Of a stretch of DNA of 64,000 nt, positions 1-9,158 are shown piece after piece. Source of the DNA: Acutalibacteraceae bacterium. Its GTDB lineage: Bacteria; Bacillota; Clostridia; Oscillospirales; Acutalibacteraceae. The notes beneath the pieces were generated by a model. The model saw only the letters and a program-made list of their open reading frames with translations. It had not been told where the DNA came from and did no database searches. The stretch covers positions 833 to 64,832 of the forward strand of contig JAZUEK010000037.1 of assembly GCA_045640165.1 (NCBI GenBank), written 5' to 3'. Every line of letters begins with the position of its first letter. Position 1 is the stretch's first letter. Both the position numbers and the translations under genes were made by a program.

Positions 1-544
1 ACAGTTCGCGGTTGGTGCCCACCATCGCGCCGTCTTTGGAAATGTCGGTGCAGATGATGGTTTTGACACCGATTTGCTGCATCTTTTCGCAAAACTCGAA
101 CGCATCGACGCCGGAATCCTCCGTCCAACCTTTCACGGCGACCTTGCCGTCGCGGATATCGATGCCGACCGCGATTTTGTCGCCGTATTTTTCGACCGCT
201 TCGCGCAAAAATTGCTCGTTTTCTACCGCGGCCGTGCCCAAAATCACGCGATCGAGCCCGGCTTTCACGTAAAGGTCAACCACTTGCATCGTGCGGATAC
301 CGCCGCCGATTTCACAGAACAGTCCACTTTCAGCTTTGAGCTTTGCAACCGTGTCAAAGTTCGGCGTGCCGCCGGTTTTCGCGCCCTCCAAATCCACCAA
401 GTGGACGTGGGTTGCGCCGCATTTCTTAAAATCCTCGATAACTTCAAGAGGGTTGTCGTTATACACCGTTTTTTGTGCGTAGTCGCCTTTGTAAAGGCGC
501 ACCGCTTTCCCCTCGTACAAGTCGATTGCCGGGAAAATCAGCAC
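1..544 (-). CDS. hisA: HisA (ProFAR isomerase), 3' end cut by window edge
   Basis: Own minus-strand translation from the GTG at 542-544, which overlaps the hisH stop (GTGCTGA). It reads VLIFPAIDLYEGKAVRLYKGDYAQKTVYNDNPLEVIEDFKKCGATHVHLVDLEGAKTGG..., a typical HisA N-terminus. It is absent from the ORF track because it runs off the window. Confidence 0.85.
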   Translation of the reverse strand, partial: MLIFPAIDLYEGKAVRLYKGDYAQKTVYNDNPLEVIEDFKKCGATHVHLVDLEGAKTGGTPNFDTVAKLKAESGLFCEIGGGIRTMQVVDLYVKAGLDRVILGTAAVENEQFLREAVEKYGDKIAVGIDIRDGKVAVKGWTEDSGVDAFEFCEKMQQIGVKTIICTDISKDGAMVGTNREL

Positions 545-1167
545 AGCGACCCCTCCTTCATCTCACAAAATGCTCGCAAAATCGCGAGTCCGACGTCTCC
601 GCTTTTCTCCGGATGGAACTGGCAACCCATCACGTTGCCTTTTGCCACCGCCGCAGTGATGTCCGCGCCGTATTCCGACCACGCGATGCGGTCAGCTTCG
701 CAGTTGACCGCGCAAAACGAGTGGACGAAATAGACACAGTCGCCCTCGTTTATGTATTTGAACAACGGATGCTTGCCGTGGTCGAACGTCAGGGCGTTCC
801 ACCCCATATGCGGAATTTTAAGGTCGCTCACGCGGTCGGCAATCGGGCGAATTTCGCCGGAAATCAGCCCCAAACCGTCGTGCTCACCGTATTCGTAACT
901 CTTGTCGAACAAGAGCTGCATCCCGAGGCAGATACCCATCACGGGTTTCCCTTTTTCAATTTGCGCTTTGAGCGCCGGCACCATGCCCGAGGCATTCAGC
1001 TTGTCGGCGGCATCTTTGAACGCGCCGACACCGGGCAAAATGATGCGCTCAGCGACATCTAACACGGCAGGATCGGCGGTAATGACCGCTTTTTCGCCGA
1101 TTTTTTCAAAGGACGACACAAGGGAAAACAAATTCCCCACGCCGTAGTCGATAATGGCGGTCATCAA
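538..1167 (-). CDS. hisH: Imidazole glycerol phosphate synthase, glutamine amidotransferase subunit HisH
   Basis: 209 aa. Shows IIDYGVGNL, GVGAF, GICLGMQLL and FHPEKS class-I amidotransferase motifs. Sits in his operon context. Confidence 0.95.
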   Translation of the reverse strand: MMTAIIDYGVGNLFSLVSSFEKIGEKAVITADPAVLDVAERIILPGVGAFKDAADKLNASGMVPALKAQIEKGKPVMGICLGMQLLFDKSYEYGEHDGLGLISGEIRPIADRVSDLKIPHMGWNALTFDHGKHPLFKYINEGDCVYFVHSFCAVNCEADRIAWSEYGADITAAVAKGNVMGCQFHPEKSGDVGLAILRAFCEMKEGSLC

Positions 1168-1751
1168 AGCACCCCTTTGGTGGACGGAATTTCGTCCTTG
1201 AATTCGGCGTCAATCGCCACCGCTTGCCGCAAACTGCGACCAACGGACTTGAAAGCGCCCTCAATGATGTGGTGAGAATTCTTTCCGCACAGCGTGCGAA
1301 TGTGCAACGCACAGTTCGCCTGCCGCACAAAGCCGAGCCAGAATTCCTCGACGAGTTCGGTGTCGAACGTGCCGACCTTTTCGGTCGGGATTTTCAAATC
1401 AAAACCGAGGAAATCGCGGCCGGAAAAGTCCACCGCCGACAGCACGAGCGTCTCATCCATCGGCAAAACGGTATCGCCGTAGCGATGAATGCCGCGCTTG
1501 TCGCCGAGCGCCTCGAAAAACGCTTTGCCGCGCGAAATGCCGATGTCCTCCACCGAGTGGTGGTCGTCCACGTAGGTGTCGCCGTTGCATTTAACGGTCA
1601 AATCAAACCGCCCGTGCGAGGCAAAGAGCGTCAGCATATGATCGAGAAAGCCGACACCGGTGTCAATTTCGCTTTTTCCGCTGCCGTCGAGGTTGAGCGT
1701 AAGCGCGATGTCTGTTTCCGCGGTTTTGCGGTTTACCGTAGCCTGTCTCAT
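1164..1751 (-). CDS. hisB: Imidazoleglycerol-phosphate dehydratase HisB
   Basis: 195 aa. Shows RKTAETDI, GFLDHML and DDHHSVEDIGI motifs. There is a 4-nt overlap with each neighbour. Confidence 0.95.
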   Translation of the reverse strand: MRQATVNRKTAETDIALTLNLDGSGKSEIDTGVGFLDHMLTLFASHGRFDLTVKCNGDTYVDDHHSVEDIGISRGKAFFEALGDKRGIHRYGDTVLPMDETLVLSAVDFSGRDFLGFDLKIPTEKVGTFDTELVEEFWLGFVRQANCALHIRTLCGKNSHHIIEGAFKSVGRSLRQAVAIDAEFKDEIPSTKGVL

Positions 1752-2812
1752 TTCGCCACCCCCAAAATCGTTTTGAGCGCCGAAACCAGCGTCTCCATCT
1801 CTTCGCGCGAGCCAACCGTAATGCGGTTATAGTCGCGCAAAAGTTCAGTTTCAAAGTGACGAACAAGCACACCTTGCTCGCGCAGGGCGTTGTAGAGGTC
1901 AAGACCGCCCATTTGCGGATGTTTTGCAAAGAGGAAGTTCGCTTTCGAATCGGTCATCACAAAGCCGAGCGCTTTGAGTTCCGCTTCCGCCCACGCGCGG
2001 TTTTCCATAATCGCGCGGCAGTTCTTTTCAAAATACGCGACGTCGCAAAACGCGCCGATACCGGCCGCCGCCGTCATACGGTTGACGTTGTAGGGGTTGG
2101 TCGAATATTTAAGCGTGTTTAAGTCGGCGATAAGCGCCTTGTTGCCAATCGCCACGCCGAGCCGGCCGCCGGCAAGCGAGCGCGATTTCGAAAGTGTTTG
2201 GCAAACAAGCAGATTGTCGTATTTTTTCGTAAGGCAAACCGCGCTTTCCGCGCCGAAATCCACATACGCCTCGTCCACCACCACGACGTTGTCGGGGTTT
2301 GACTTAACGATTTGCTCAATTTCCGAAAGCGAAAGCGCAATACCCGTCGGCGCGTTGGGGTTAGCGAGAAAAATCGTCTTCCCTGCGCCGCAGTAATCGG
2401 CGATATTCAAAGTAAAATCGGCATTCAGCGGTTTCGTCTCGTACGGCACGCGGTTAAAGTCCGCCGCCACGGGATAAAAGCTGTAGGTGATGTTCGGGAA
2501 CAGCGCCGGCGTGTTATCATCGCAAAACGCGTTAAACGCAAAGCCGATGGCATCGTCCGAGCCGTTGACAAACAAGAGTTCGTCCGTCGCAACGCCATAA
2601 AATTCCGCGGCCGCCGCAACGAGATCGCGACAAGTCGGGTCGGAATAGAGCTGCAAATCCCCTGCCGCTTGGCGCGCAAGCCGCTGAGCAATCGGCGACG
2701 GCGGAAACGGCGATTCGTTCGTGTTAAGTTTTACGTATTTCCGCTCGCGCGGCTGTTCGCCGGGCGTATACGGCGTGAGCGCGGCAAATTTGCCGCTCAT
2801 AAATCGGCTCAT
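1748..2812 (-). CDS. hisC: Histidinol-phosphate aminotransferase HisC
   Basis: 354 aa class-II aminotransferase (LANPNAPTG, SKS..LAGGRLG). Position lies between hisD and hisB. Confidence 0.9.
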   Translation of the reverse strand: MSRFMSGKFAALTPYTPGEQPRERKYVKLNTNESPFPPSPIAQRLARQAAGDLQLYSDPTCRDLVAAAAEFYGVATDELLFVNGSDDAIGFAFNAFCDDNTPALFPNITYSFYPVAADFNRVPYETKPLNADFTLNIADYCGAGKTIFLANPNAPTGIALSLSEIEQIVKSNPDNVVVVDEAYVDFGAESAVCLTKKYDNLLVCQTLSKSRSLAGGRLGVAIGNKALIADLNTLKYSTNPYNVNRMTAAAGIGAFCDVAYFEKNCRAIMENRAWAEAELKALGFVMTDSKANFLFAKHPQMGGLDLYNALREQGVLVRHFETELLRDYNRITVGSREEMETLVSALKTILGVAK

Positions 2813-2813
2813 A

Positions 2814-4088
2814 TTAACCCTCCGTTCGAATAACGGCGCTTTTCGCGTGGGCGGTCAGCCCCTCTTTTTTTGCAAAGGTCGAAACGTCTTCCGCGACCTT
2901 GGCCAGCGCCTCTTTCGTATAATACGTGAACTGCATTTTCTTCACAAAATCGTCCACCGACAACGGGCTCGAGAACTTCGCCGTGCCGCTCGTCGGAAGC
3001 GTGTGGTTGGGGCCGGCAAAATAGTCGCCGAGCGCCTCGGGACAGTTGCGCCCAAGGAACACCGAGCCGGCGTGCCGCACCTTTTCGAGCACCGCAAACG
3101 GCTCGTCCACACAGAGTTCCAAGTGCTCCGGCGCGATTTCGTTCGCAATGTCAATGACCAAATCGAGCGTGTCCGCCACGATGATTTTGCCGTTTTGGTC
3201 AATGGACGCGCGCGCAATCTCCGCGCGTTCCAAAAGCGGAATTTGCACTTCCAGTTCCGCCTGCACCGCTTTGGCGAGGTCGGCGCTGTCGGTGACAAGC
3301 ACCGCCGACGCCAACTTGTCGTGCTCCGCTTGCGACAGCAGGTCCGCCGCCAAGTGGCGCGGATCGCTTTTACCGTCGGACACAATCATAATCTCGCTCG
3401 GGCCGGCAATCATATCAATCGACACGCGGCCAAACACCTGCTTTTTCGCCTCGGCAACGAACGCGTTGCCCGGGCCGACGATTTTGTCCACCTGTGGGAT
3501 ACTCTCCGTACCGTAAGCGAGGGCGGCAATCGCCTGCGCGCCGCCGACTTTATAGATTTTATCCACACCGGCAACCGAAGCCGCCGCCAAAATCGCCGGG
3601 TTGATTTTGCCCTCGGCCGTCGGCGGCGTGGTAATGACCACTTCTTTGACGCCGGCAATTTTCGCAGGAATCGCATCCATCAGCACGGTGGACGGATACG
3701 CCGCCGTACCGCCCGGAACGTAGAGACCGGCGCGATCAACGGGAATCACGCGCTGACCAATCACCGTGCCGTCGGGCGCATCGAGGCGAAAGCCCTCGCG
3801 CTTTTGGTTTTCGTGGAAACGGCGGATGTTCGCCGCCGCCTTTTTAAGAATTTCCAAAAATTCCGGCTCAACCGCCGCCACCGCCTCGTCAATTTCCTCT
3901 TTCGAGACAAGCAGGGTATCGAGTTTCGCCTTGTCAAACTTTTCGCCGTATTCAAAAAGCGCTTTATCGCCGTTTTTGCGGACGTTGTCGATAATCTCCG
4001 CGACGATGTCGGTAACGTTGAAACTCGGCACAACACGGGCGAAAATTTCGTCGTTCGACACCTCGCCGTAATTAAGAATTTTAATCAT
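2814..4088 (-). CDS. hisD: Histidinol dehydrogenase HisD
   Basis: 424 aa. Shows LYVPGGTAAYPSTVLM, GPGNAFV and SQAEHD motifs. Confidence 0.95.
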   Translation of the reverse strand: MIKILNYGEVSNDEIFARVVPSFNVTDIVAEIIDNVRKNGDKALFEYGEKFDKAKLDTLLVSKEEIDEAVAAVEPEFLEILKKAAANIRRFHENQKREGFRLDAPDGTVIGQRVIPVDRAGLYVPGGTAAYPSTVLMDAIPAKIAGVKEVVITTPPTAEGKINPAILAAASVAGVDKIYKVGGAQAIAALAYGTESIPQVDKIVGPGNAFVAEAKKQVFGRVSIDMIAGPSEIMIVSDGKSDPRHLAADLLSQAEHDKLASAVLVTDSADLAKAVQAELEVQIPLLERAEIARASIDQNGKIIVADTLDLVIDIANEIAPEHLELCVDEPFAVLEKVRHAGSVFLGRNCPEALGDYFAGPNHTLPTSGTAKFSSPLSVDDFVKKMQFTYYTKEALAKVAEDVSTFAKKEGLTAHAKSAVIRTEG

Positions 4089-4091
4089 CGT

Positions 4092-5639
4092 TTATTCCTC
4101 CAAATTCGCGGCGAGCCCGGCGGCGATTTTGTCAATCGCCTCGCTCTTAAACTTGAACGACGCCTTGTTGGAAATGAGCCGCGCGCTGATAGGTACCACG
4201 TCCTCGATAACCTCGAGGTTGTTCTCGCGCAAGGTGGCGCCGGTTTCGACGATATCCACAATCACGTCCGAAAGTCCCAAAATCGGCGCAATCTCAATCG
4301 AGCCGTTTAAGTGGATAAAGTCGATGTCGCGGCCTTTTTTGCGATAGAAATTCTTGGCGATATTCGAAAACTTCGTCGCCACGCGAAGGGTTTTGGTCGT
4401 ATCGTCCTCAAACCCTTTCGGCGCCGCTACCGCCATTTTGCACACACCCGTGTGCAAATCGACAAGTTCGTATACGTCCGGCTCGTATTCGAGCAAAATA
4501 TCTTTGCCGCATACACCCACGTCGGCGGCACCGCGCTCGACGTAAATCGCCACGTCGGACGGCTTCACCCAGAAATAGCGCACGCCTTTTTCGGGGTTTT
4601 CAAAAATGAGTTTGCGGTTGGGTTCCAAAATCGACGGGCACGGGAAACCGGCTTTGGCAAACGCTTTATACACACGCTCGCCGAGGCGGCCTTTCGGAAG
4701 CGCCACGTTGATAAATCCGTCGTCCGCGGCGGAGGCCTCGTCCACTCGTTCGAGCGCGTCGGTATACACCGCGAAGCCAATCGCGTTCGAGCGACGTTTC
4801 ATTTTTTGCATCAGGCGGTCATACTGTCCACCGGAAAGCACCGCTTCCGGCACACCGGGCAAAAAGCCCTTGAACACGACGCCGTTATAGTAGTTCACGT
4901 CGTTAAGAATCGAGAAGTCCACGCGCAACTCTGCCGCGTTCGCCGCCGACAGCACCGCGCGGAAATTCTCGTACGCTTCGCTTGCCGCAAACAAACCGTC
5001 AAGCGTCGGCAGCACCTCTTGCGGCGTGCCGTATACGCCGGCGAGCGTGAGCAACGCATCTACCGCATCCGTATCGCCACACTCGGCGCAAAGGGTAGCG
5101 ATTTCGTGGCGGTTTTTCTCGGAAATCGCTTGATACAGCGCGGCGGTTTTCTTACTGCCGAGTGCCAAGCGCTCCACGACACTCTCGAGCAAATCGAGGT
5201 CGGACACAGCGAGCACGCCGCCCTCGCCGAGCGAACGCAAACTCTCTGCCGCAAGCGCCAGCACCTCGCCCACTTCGGATTTGCCGACCGCGCCGAAACA
5301 CTCGACGCCCATCTGCAAAATCTCGCGGAACGGTGCGTTGCCGCCTGCCGCGCGGTAGACGTTTTCGTCGTAAAACACCTTACGGGTCACGTCCGGCTCG
5401 TCGGCGCTGTTCTTGATAATCGACAGCGTCACGTCGGGTTTGAGCGCCATCAGCTTGCCGTCAGAATCGGTAAACGTGATGACGTTGTCCGACACGAGAA
5501 AGTCCTTGTTTTTGGCGTAGAGGTCGTATTCCTCGAACTTGCTCATCCGATACGGCAAAAAGCCCTTTTGTGCGTATAATTCACGCAGGCGAAACACGAT
5601 TTTTTCGCCGCTTTTTAAGACAGAATCGTTAATATTCAT
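4092..5639 (-). CDS. hisG: Fused ATP phosphoribosyltransferase: regulatory HisZ-like N-half plus short-form catalytic HisG C-half
   Basis: 515 aa. The N-terminal ~305 aa are HisRS-like, as in HisZ (FRLRELYAQKGFLPYRMSKFEEYDLY). The C-terminal ~205 aa are short HisG (ALPKGRL..., VKPSDVAIYVERGAADVGVCGKD, VDIVETGATLRENNL). The junction is near nt 4715. Confidence 0.85.
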   Translation of the reverse strand: MNINDSVLKSGEKIVFRLRELYAQKGFLPYRMSKFEEYDLYAKNKDFLVSDNVITFTDSDGKLMALKPDVTLSIIKNSADEPDVTRKVFYDENVYRAAGGNAPFREILQMGVECFGAVGKSEVGEVLALAAESLRSLGEGGVLAVSDLDLLESVVERLALGSKKTAALYQAISEKNRHEIATLCAECGDTDAVDALLTLAGVYGTPQEVLPTLDGLFAASEAYENFRAVLSAANAAELRVDFSILNDVNYYNGVVFKGFLPGVPEAVLSGGQYDRLMQKMKRRSNAIGFAVYTDALERVDEASAADDGFINVALPKGRLGERVYKAFAKAGFPCPSILEPNRKLIFENPEKGVRYFWVKPSDVAIYVERGAADVGVCGKDILLEYEPDVYELVDLHTGVCKMAVAAPKGFEDDTTKTLRVATKFSNIAKNFYRKKGRDIDFIHLNGSIEIAPILGLSDVIVDIVETGATLRENNLEVIEDVVPISARLISNKASFKFKSEAIDKIAAGLAANLEE

Positions 5640-5932
5640 TGCGTTTTCTCCGTTTCTTCCATGCGTTCCAGCGCGATTTGGTAGCCGCCCTCGCCATAGG
5701 TTAAACAGCGGTTAACACGGCTGATGGTGGCGGTGCTAACCCCCACCTCGGCGGCGATTTTTTGGTAACTGCATTTTTGGTTAAGCAGCACCGCAGTATC
5801 CAGCCGCTGCGCCATATCTTGGATTTCTTTAATGGTACATAAGTCCGTAAACAGCGCTTTGACTTCTTCGGGCGACTGCATCGACGCAATCGCCGCAAAC
5901 AAGCGCTCGGTGGACTTGTCGGAATAGGTCAT
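5636..5932 (-). CDS. TrpR-like YerC/YecD family DNA-binding protein, first cistron of the his operon
   Basis: 98 aa. Matches the YerC/YecD signature (LCTIKEIQDMAQRLDTAVLL, SYQKIAAEVGVSTATISRVNRCL). Its stop overlaps the hisZG start. Confidence 0.8.
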   Translation of the reverse strand: MTYSDKSTERLFAAIASMQSPEEVKALFTDLCTIKEIQDMAQRLDTAVLLNQKCSYQKIAAEVGVSTATISRVNRCLTYGEGGYQIALERMEETEKTQ

Positions 5933-5961
5933 ACGTGCCCCTCCTAATTCATTGTGCTATC

Positions 5962-5990
5962 AGTTTATCACGGTAAAGCGGTAAAGTCAA
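5962..5990 (-). promoter_or_regulatory. Putative sigma-A promoter of the yerC-his operon
   Basis: Minus strand reads TTGACT, a 17-nt spacer, then TGaTAAACT (extended -10). This lies about 30 nt upstream of the AGGAGG ribosome-binding site (RBS) and the ATG at 5932. Confidence 0.45.
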
Positions 5991-6063
5991 GAGAAAATGA
6001 AAAGTTTTTTGCGATTTTTTGAGGTTTTTGCACTCTCCGCACCATTTCACAGCGTACACTTGC

Positions 6064-6402
6064 CTCCCTCTGACGAGGGAGATGGCAAAACCGTAGGTTT
6101 TGACGGAGGGAGAGACAAATTTTGATAAAAAACCGTTCTCTCCCCCAGTCTCGCTATCGCTCGACAGCCCCCTCGTCAGAGGGGGCCAAGAGGAACACTC
6201 AAATTCTTTTGTAGGGACCGGCGTCCTCGACGGTCCATTGTGGAATTTTGTAGGGATTCGTGGCGCGTTTGTAGGGGGCATTCACGAATGGCCCCTCTTG
6301 GTCAGTAGGATAGATTCGGTGGGCGATTCGTGAATCGCCCCTACGAAATCGCCCAGAGTAACCTCAACTTTTCACCAAGGGACGTCGAAACACCGGCCCT
6401 AC
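6064..6402. repeat. Cluster of REP/BIME-like palindromic elements (GTAG + GC-rich hairpin units in both orientations)
   Basis: Units in one orientation: TGTAGGGACCGgcgtcctcgaCGGTCC at 6210-6236, and a TGTAGGGGGCATTCacGAATGGCCCC unit that starts with GTAG at 6271. An inverted unit GGGCGATTCgtGAATCGCCCCTAC lies at 6321-6344. The pair CTCCCTCtgacGAGGGAG at 6064-6081 and CCCCCTCgtcaGAGGGGG at 6168-6185 is related in inverted orientation. The same family recurs at 33319-33492. Confidence 0.65.
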
Positions 6403-6433
6403 GCGCGCCGGACGTTTCGTTACTAAAACGCAC

Positions 6434-6467
6434 AAAAAACCGCGAGCGCTATGCGCTCACGGTTTTT
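6434..6467 (-). terminator. Rho-independent terminator of argH
   Basis: Minus strand reads AACCGTGAGCGCataGCGCTCGCGGTT followed by TTTTGTG, directly after the argH stop. Confidence 0.6.
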
Positions 6468-6479
6468 CTATTTCATTCC

Positions 6480-7850
6480 TTACAGCATCGCTTTCATCGC
6501 GGCGAGTTGGGCTTCCACCGAGGAGACGGACGTGCCGCCCTCGCTGTTGCGACGATCCACACAGTTTTTGAGGTCCACCGCATCGTACACGCCCTCGTCG
6601 ATTTGGTCGCAAAAGCTCTGGTAGGTCGCGAGCGGCAGGGTTTCGAGCACCGCGCCGGTTTTGATGCACTCCGCGACCACCTGGCCGGACACTTTATACG
6701 CCGAGCGGAACGGCAGTCCCTTGCCGACGAGGTAATCCGCCAAGTCGGTGGCGTTGATAAAGCCGGTTTGGGCGGCTTTTTTCATATTGTCGGGCAGGAC
6801 GTTCATCGTCTCCACCATACCGGCGAACACGTCGAGGCACATTTTCACGGTATCCACCGCGTCGAACACGCTCTCTTTGTCTTCCTGCATATCCTTATTA
6901 TAGGCAAGCGGCAGGCCTTTCAAGACGGTGAGCAGCGAGAACAAATCGCCGTACACGCGGCCGGTTTTGCCGCGCACGAGTTCCGCCATATCGGAATTTT
7001 TCTTTTGCGGCATAATGGACGAGCCGGTGGTGAAGGCATCCGACAGTTCGACGAACTTGAATTCCCAACTCGACCAGAGAATGATTTCCTCGGCAAAACG
7101 GGACATATGCATCTGAAGCACCGCAATCGCCGCCATCAGTTCCACCGCAAAGTCGCGGTCGGACACGCCGTCAATCGAGTTTAAGCACACGCTGTCGAAA
7201 CCGAGTTTTTCGGCTTCAAACTTCCGGTCGGTCGGAAAGGTCGTTCCGGCGAGCGCACAACTGCCGATCGGCGACACGTTCATGCGTTTTTTGCAGTCTT
7301 TGAGGCGGTCGAGGTCACGGAACAGCATCGAGGCGTACGCCAAAAGATGATGTCCGAACGTAATCGGTTGCGCGCGCTGCAAATGGGTATAACCGGGAAC
7401 AATCGCGTCTTTATACGCTTCCGCTTTGTCGAGAACGGCGGCGAGAAGCGCTTTCGTTTTTGCGGAAATCTCGTCGATTTCCTCGCGCAAAGTGAGGCGC
7501 AGGTCGAGCGCGACTTGGTCGTTACGGCTACGGGCGGTGTGCAGTTTTTTGCCCACGTCACCGAGCCGCTCGGTCAGCACCTGCTCGACGAACATATGGA
7601 TATCCTCGCAGGACATATCAATATCGAGCTTGCCGCTCTCCAAATCGTCCAAAATGCCTTGCAGACCCTCAATCAGCGCCTCCGCGTCTGCCTGCGACAA
7701 AATGCCGGTAGCGCCGAGCATCGCCGCATGCGCCATACTGCCGGTAATATCCTGTTTTGCCATCCGGCAGTCAAACCGAATGGAGGAGTTGAAATCATCG
7801 GCAAGAGCGCTGGTTTCGCCGCTCGTTCTGCCTGCCCACATTTTTGCCAT
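6480..7850 (-). CDS. argH: Argininosuccinate lyase
   Basis: 456 aa. Carries the fumarate-lyase superfamily signature (GSSIMPQKKNSDMAEL). The N-terminus WAGRTSG...DDFNSSI is typical of ArgH. Confidence 0.95.
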   Translation of the reverse strand: MAKMWAGRTSGETSALADDFNSSIRFDCRMAKQDITGSMAHAAMLGATGILSQADAEALIEGLQGILDDLESGKLDIDMSCEDIHMFVEQVLTERLGDVGKKLHTARSRNDQVALDLRLTLREEIDEISAKTKALLAAVLDKAEAYKDAIVPGYTHLQRAQPITFGHHLLAYASMLFRDLDRLKDCKKRMNVSPIGSCALAGTTFPTDRKFEAEKLGFDSVCLNSIDGVSDRDFAVELMAAIAVLQMHMSRFAEEIILWSSWEFKFVELSDAFTTGSSIMPQKKNSDMAELVRGKTGRVYGDLFSLLTVLKGLPLAYNKDMQEDKESVFDAVDTVKMCLDVFAGMVETMNVLPDNMKKAAQTGFINATDLADYLVGKGLPFRSAYKVSGQVVAECIKTGAVLETLPLATYQSFCDQIDEGVYDAVDLKNCVDRRNSEGGTSVSSVEAQLAAMKAML

Positions 7851-7870
7851 GGTCGTTCCTCGCTTTTTGC

Positions 7871-9097
7871 TTATTTGCCGTTTTTCTTGTTCACCGCCGC
7901 CTGCACTTTAATCGGCAGACCATAGAGGTTGATGAATCCGGCGGAATCTTTTTGGTCATAGTCGCTCTCACCGAAGGTCGCGAGCTCATCGCTGTACAGC
8001 GAATACGGGCTCCACACACCGGCTTTGATGATGTTGCCTTTGTAGAGTTTAAGCCGCACTTTACCGGTCACGTTCTCTTGCGTTTTGTCCACGAACGCAG
8101 ACAGCGCCTCGCGCAGCGGCGTAAACCACTGGCCGTTGTAGACGAGTTCCGCAAAGGTGATGGAAAGGCGTTGTTTCTCGTGCAGCGTCATCTTGTCGAG
8201 GCAGATGGTCTCGAGCGTTTCGTGCGCTTTATAGAGAATCGTGCCGCCGGGAGTTTCATACACGCCGCGGCATTTCATACCGACGAGGCGGTTTTCGACG
8301 ATGTCGATAAGGCCGATACCGTTTTTGCCGCCGAGTTCGTTGAGTTTGAGAATGATGTTTTTCGCGGACATTTTCTCGCCGTCCAACGCCACCGGCGTAC
8401 CCTGCTCGAAGTCGAGGGTCACGTAGGTCGGCTCATCCGGCGCTTTGATCGGGGACACGCCCATCTCGAGGAAGCCCTCTTTATCGTACAGCGGCTCGTT
8501 ACCGGTGTCTTCGAGGTCGAGACCCTCGTGGGACAAGTGCCACAGGTTTTTGTCTTTGGAATAGTTGGTCTCGCGGTTAATTTTCAGCGGAATATTGTGC
8601 GCCTCGGCATAGTCGATTTCCTCTTCACGCGACTGGATGTCCCACTCACGCCACGGGGCGATAATCGGCAGTTCCGGCGCAAACGCTTTGAGCGCGAGTT
8701 CAAAACGCACCTGGTCGTTGCCCTTGCCGGTGCAACCGTGGCAGATGGCGTCCGCGTTTTCTTTAATCGCAATCTCCGCAAGGCCTTTCGCGATGCAGGG
8801 ACGCGCGGTCGACGTGCCGAGCAGATAATCCTCATACACGGCGCCGGCTTTCATCGTCGGAATAATATACTCATCCACGTATTCCTCGGTCAAATCGAGG
8901 ACGTACAGTTTGGACGCGCCGGTTTTCAGCGCTTTCTCCTCAAGACCCTCGAGTTCGTCCGCCTGACCGACGTTACCGGAAACGGCGACAACCTCGCAGT
9001 TGTTGTAATTTTCTTTCAGCCACGGGATGATGATGGACGTATCGAGACCACCCGAATACGCCAATACCACTTTCTTGATTTTGGATTTGTCTAACAT
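7871..9097 (-). CDS. argG: Argininosuccinate synthase
   Basis: Shows the AYSGGLDTS motif and the [12 protein letters not shown] signature. The ATG at 9097 is preferred over the track's GTG at 9106 because the AGGAG RBS abuts the GTG and lies 8 nt from the ATG. Confidence 0.95.
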   Translation of the reverse strand: MLDKSKIKKVVLAYSGGLDTSIIIPWLKENYNNCEVVAVSGNVGQADELEGLEEKALKTGASKLYVLDLTEEYVDEYIIPTMKAGAVYEDYLLGTSTARPCIAKGLAEIAIKENADAICHGCTGKGNDQVRFELALKAFAPELPIIAPWREWDIQSREEEIDYAEAHNIPLKINRETNYSKDKNLWHLSHEGLDLEDTGNEPLYDKEGFLEMGVSPIKAPDEPTYVTLDFEQGTPVALDGEKMSAKNIILKLNELGGKNGIGLIDIVENRLVGMKCRGVYETPGGTILYKAHETLETICLDKMTLHEKQRLSITFAELVYNGQWFTPLREALSAFVDKTQENVTGKVRLKLYKGNIIKAGVWSPYSLYSDELATFGESDYDQKDSAGFINLYGLPIKVQAAVNKKNGK

Positions 9098-9129
9098 AAA
9101 AATCACTCCTCTTTTTTGTTACCTTCCGC

Positions 9130-9158
9130 ATTATACGCCCACTTTTGCCGCTTGTCAA
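9130..9158 (-). promoter_or_regulatory. Consensus sigma-A promoter of argGH
   Basis: Minus strand reads TTGACA, a 17-nt spacer, then TATAAT. This is a perfect match to consensus, about 30 nt upstream of the argG start. Confidence 0.6.

Noticed and set aside
2721-4310. Long antisense ORFs opposite well-conserved genes. Examples are 2721-4310 versus hisD, 4311-5579 versus hisZG, 9244-10290 versus glyQS, 17278-19104 versus recA/recX, 26688-28166 versus murD, 33552-35561 versus groEL and 35691-37136 versus DUF1846.
   Set aside because: The opposite strand in each case encodes an unmistakable conserved protein. The antisense translations are Arg-rich and repetitive, and they lack start-site signals. 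This is a typical artefact of GC-rich third positions.
5949-6281. A 110-aa minus-strand ORF, and the 6100-6333 plus-strand ORF, across the his-arg intergenic region
   Set aside because: Both run through the REP-like palindromic repeat cluster. They have no RBS and no family resemblance. The open frames are a by-product of the repeats.
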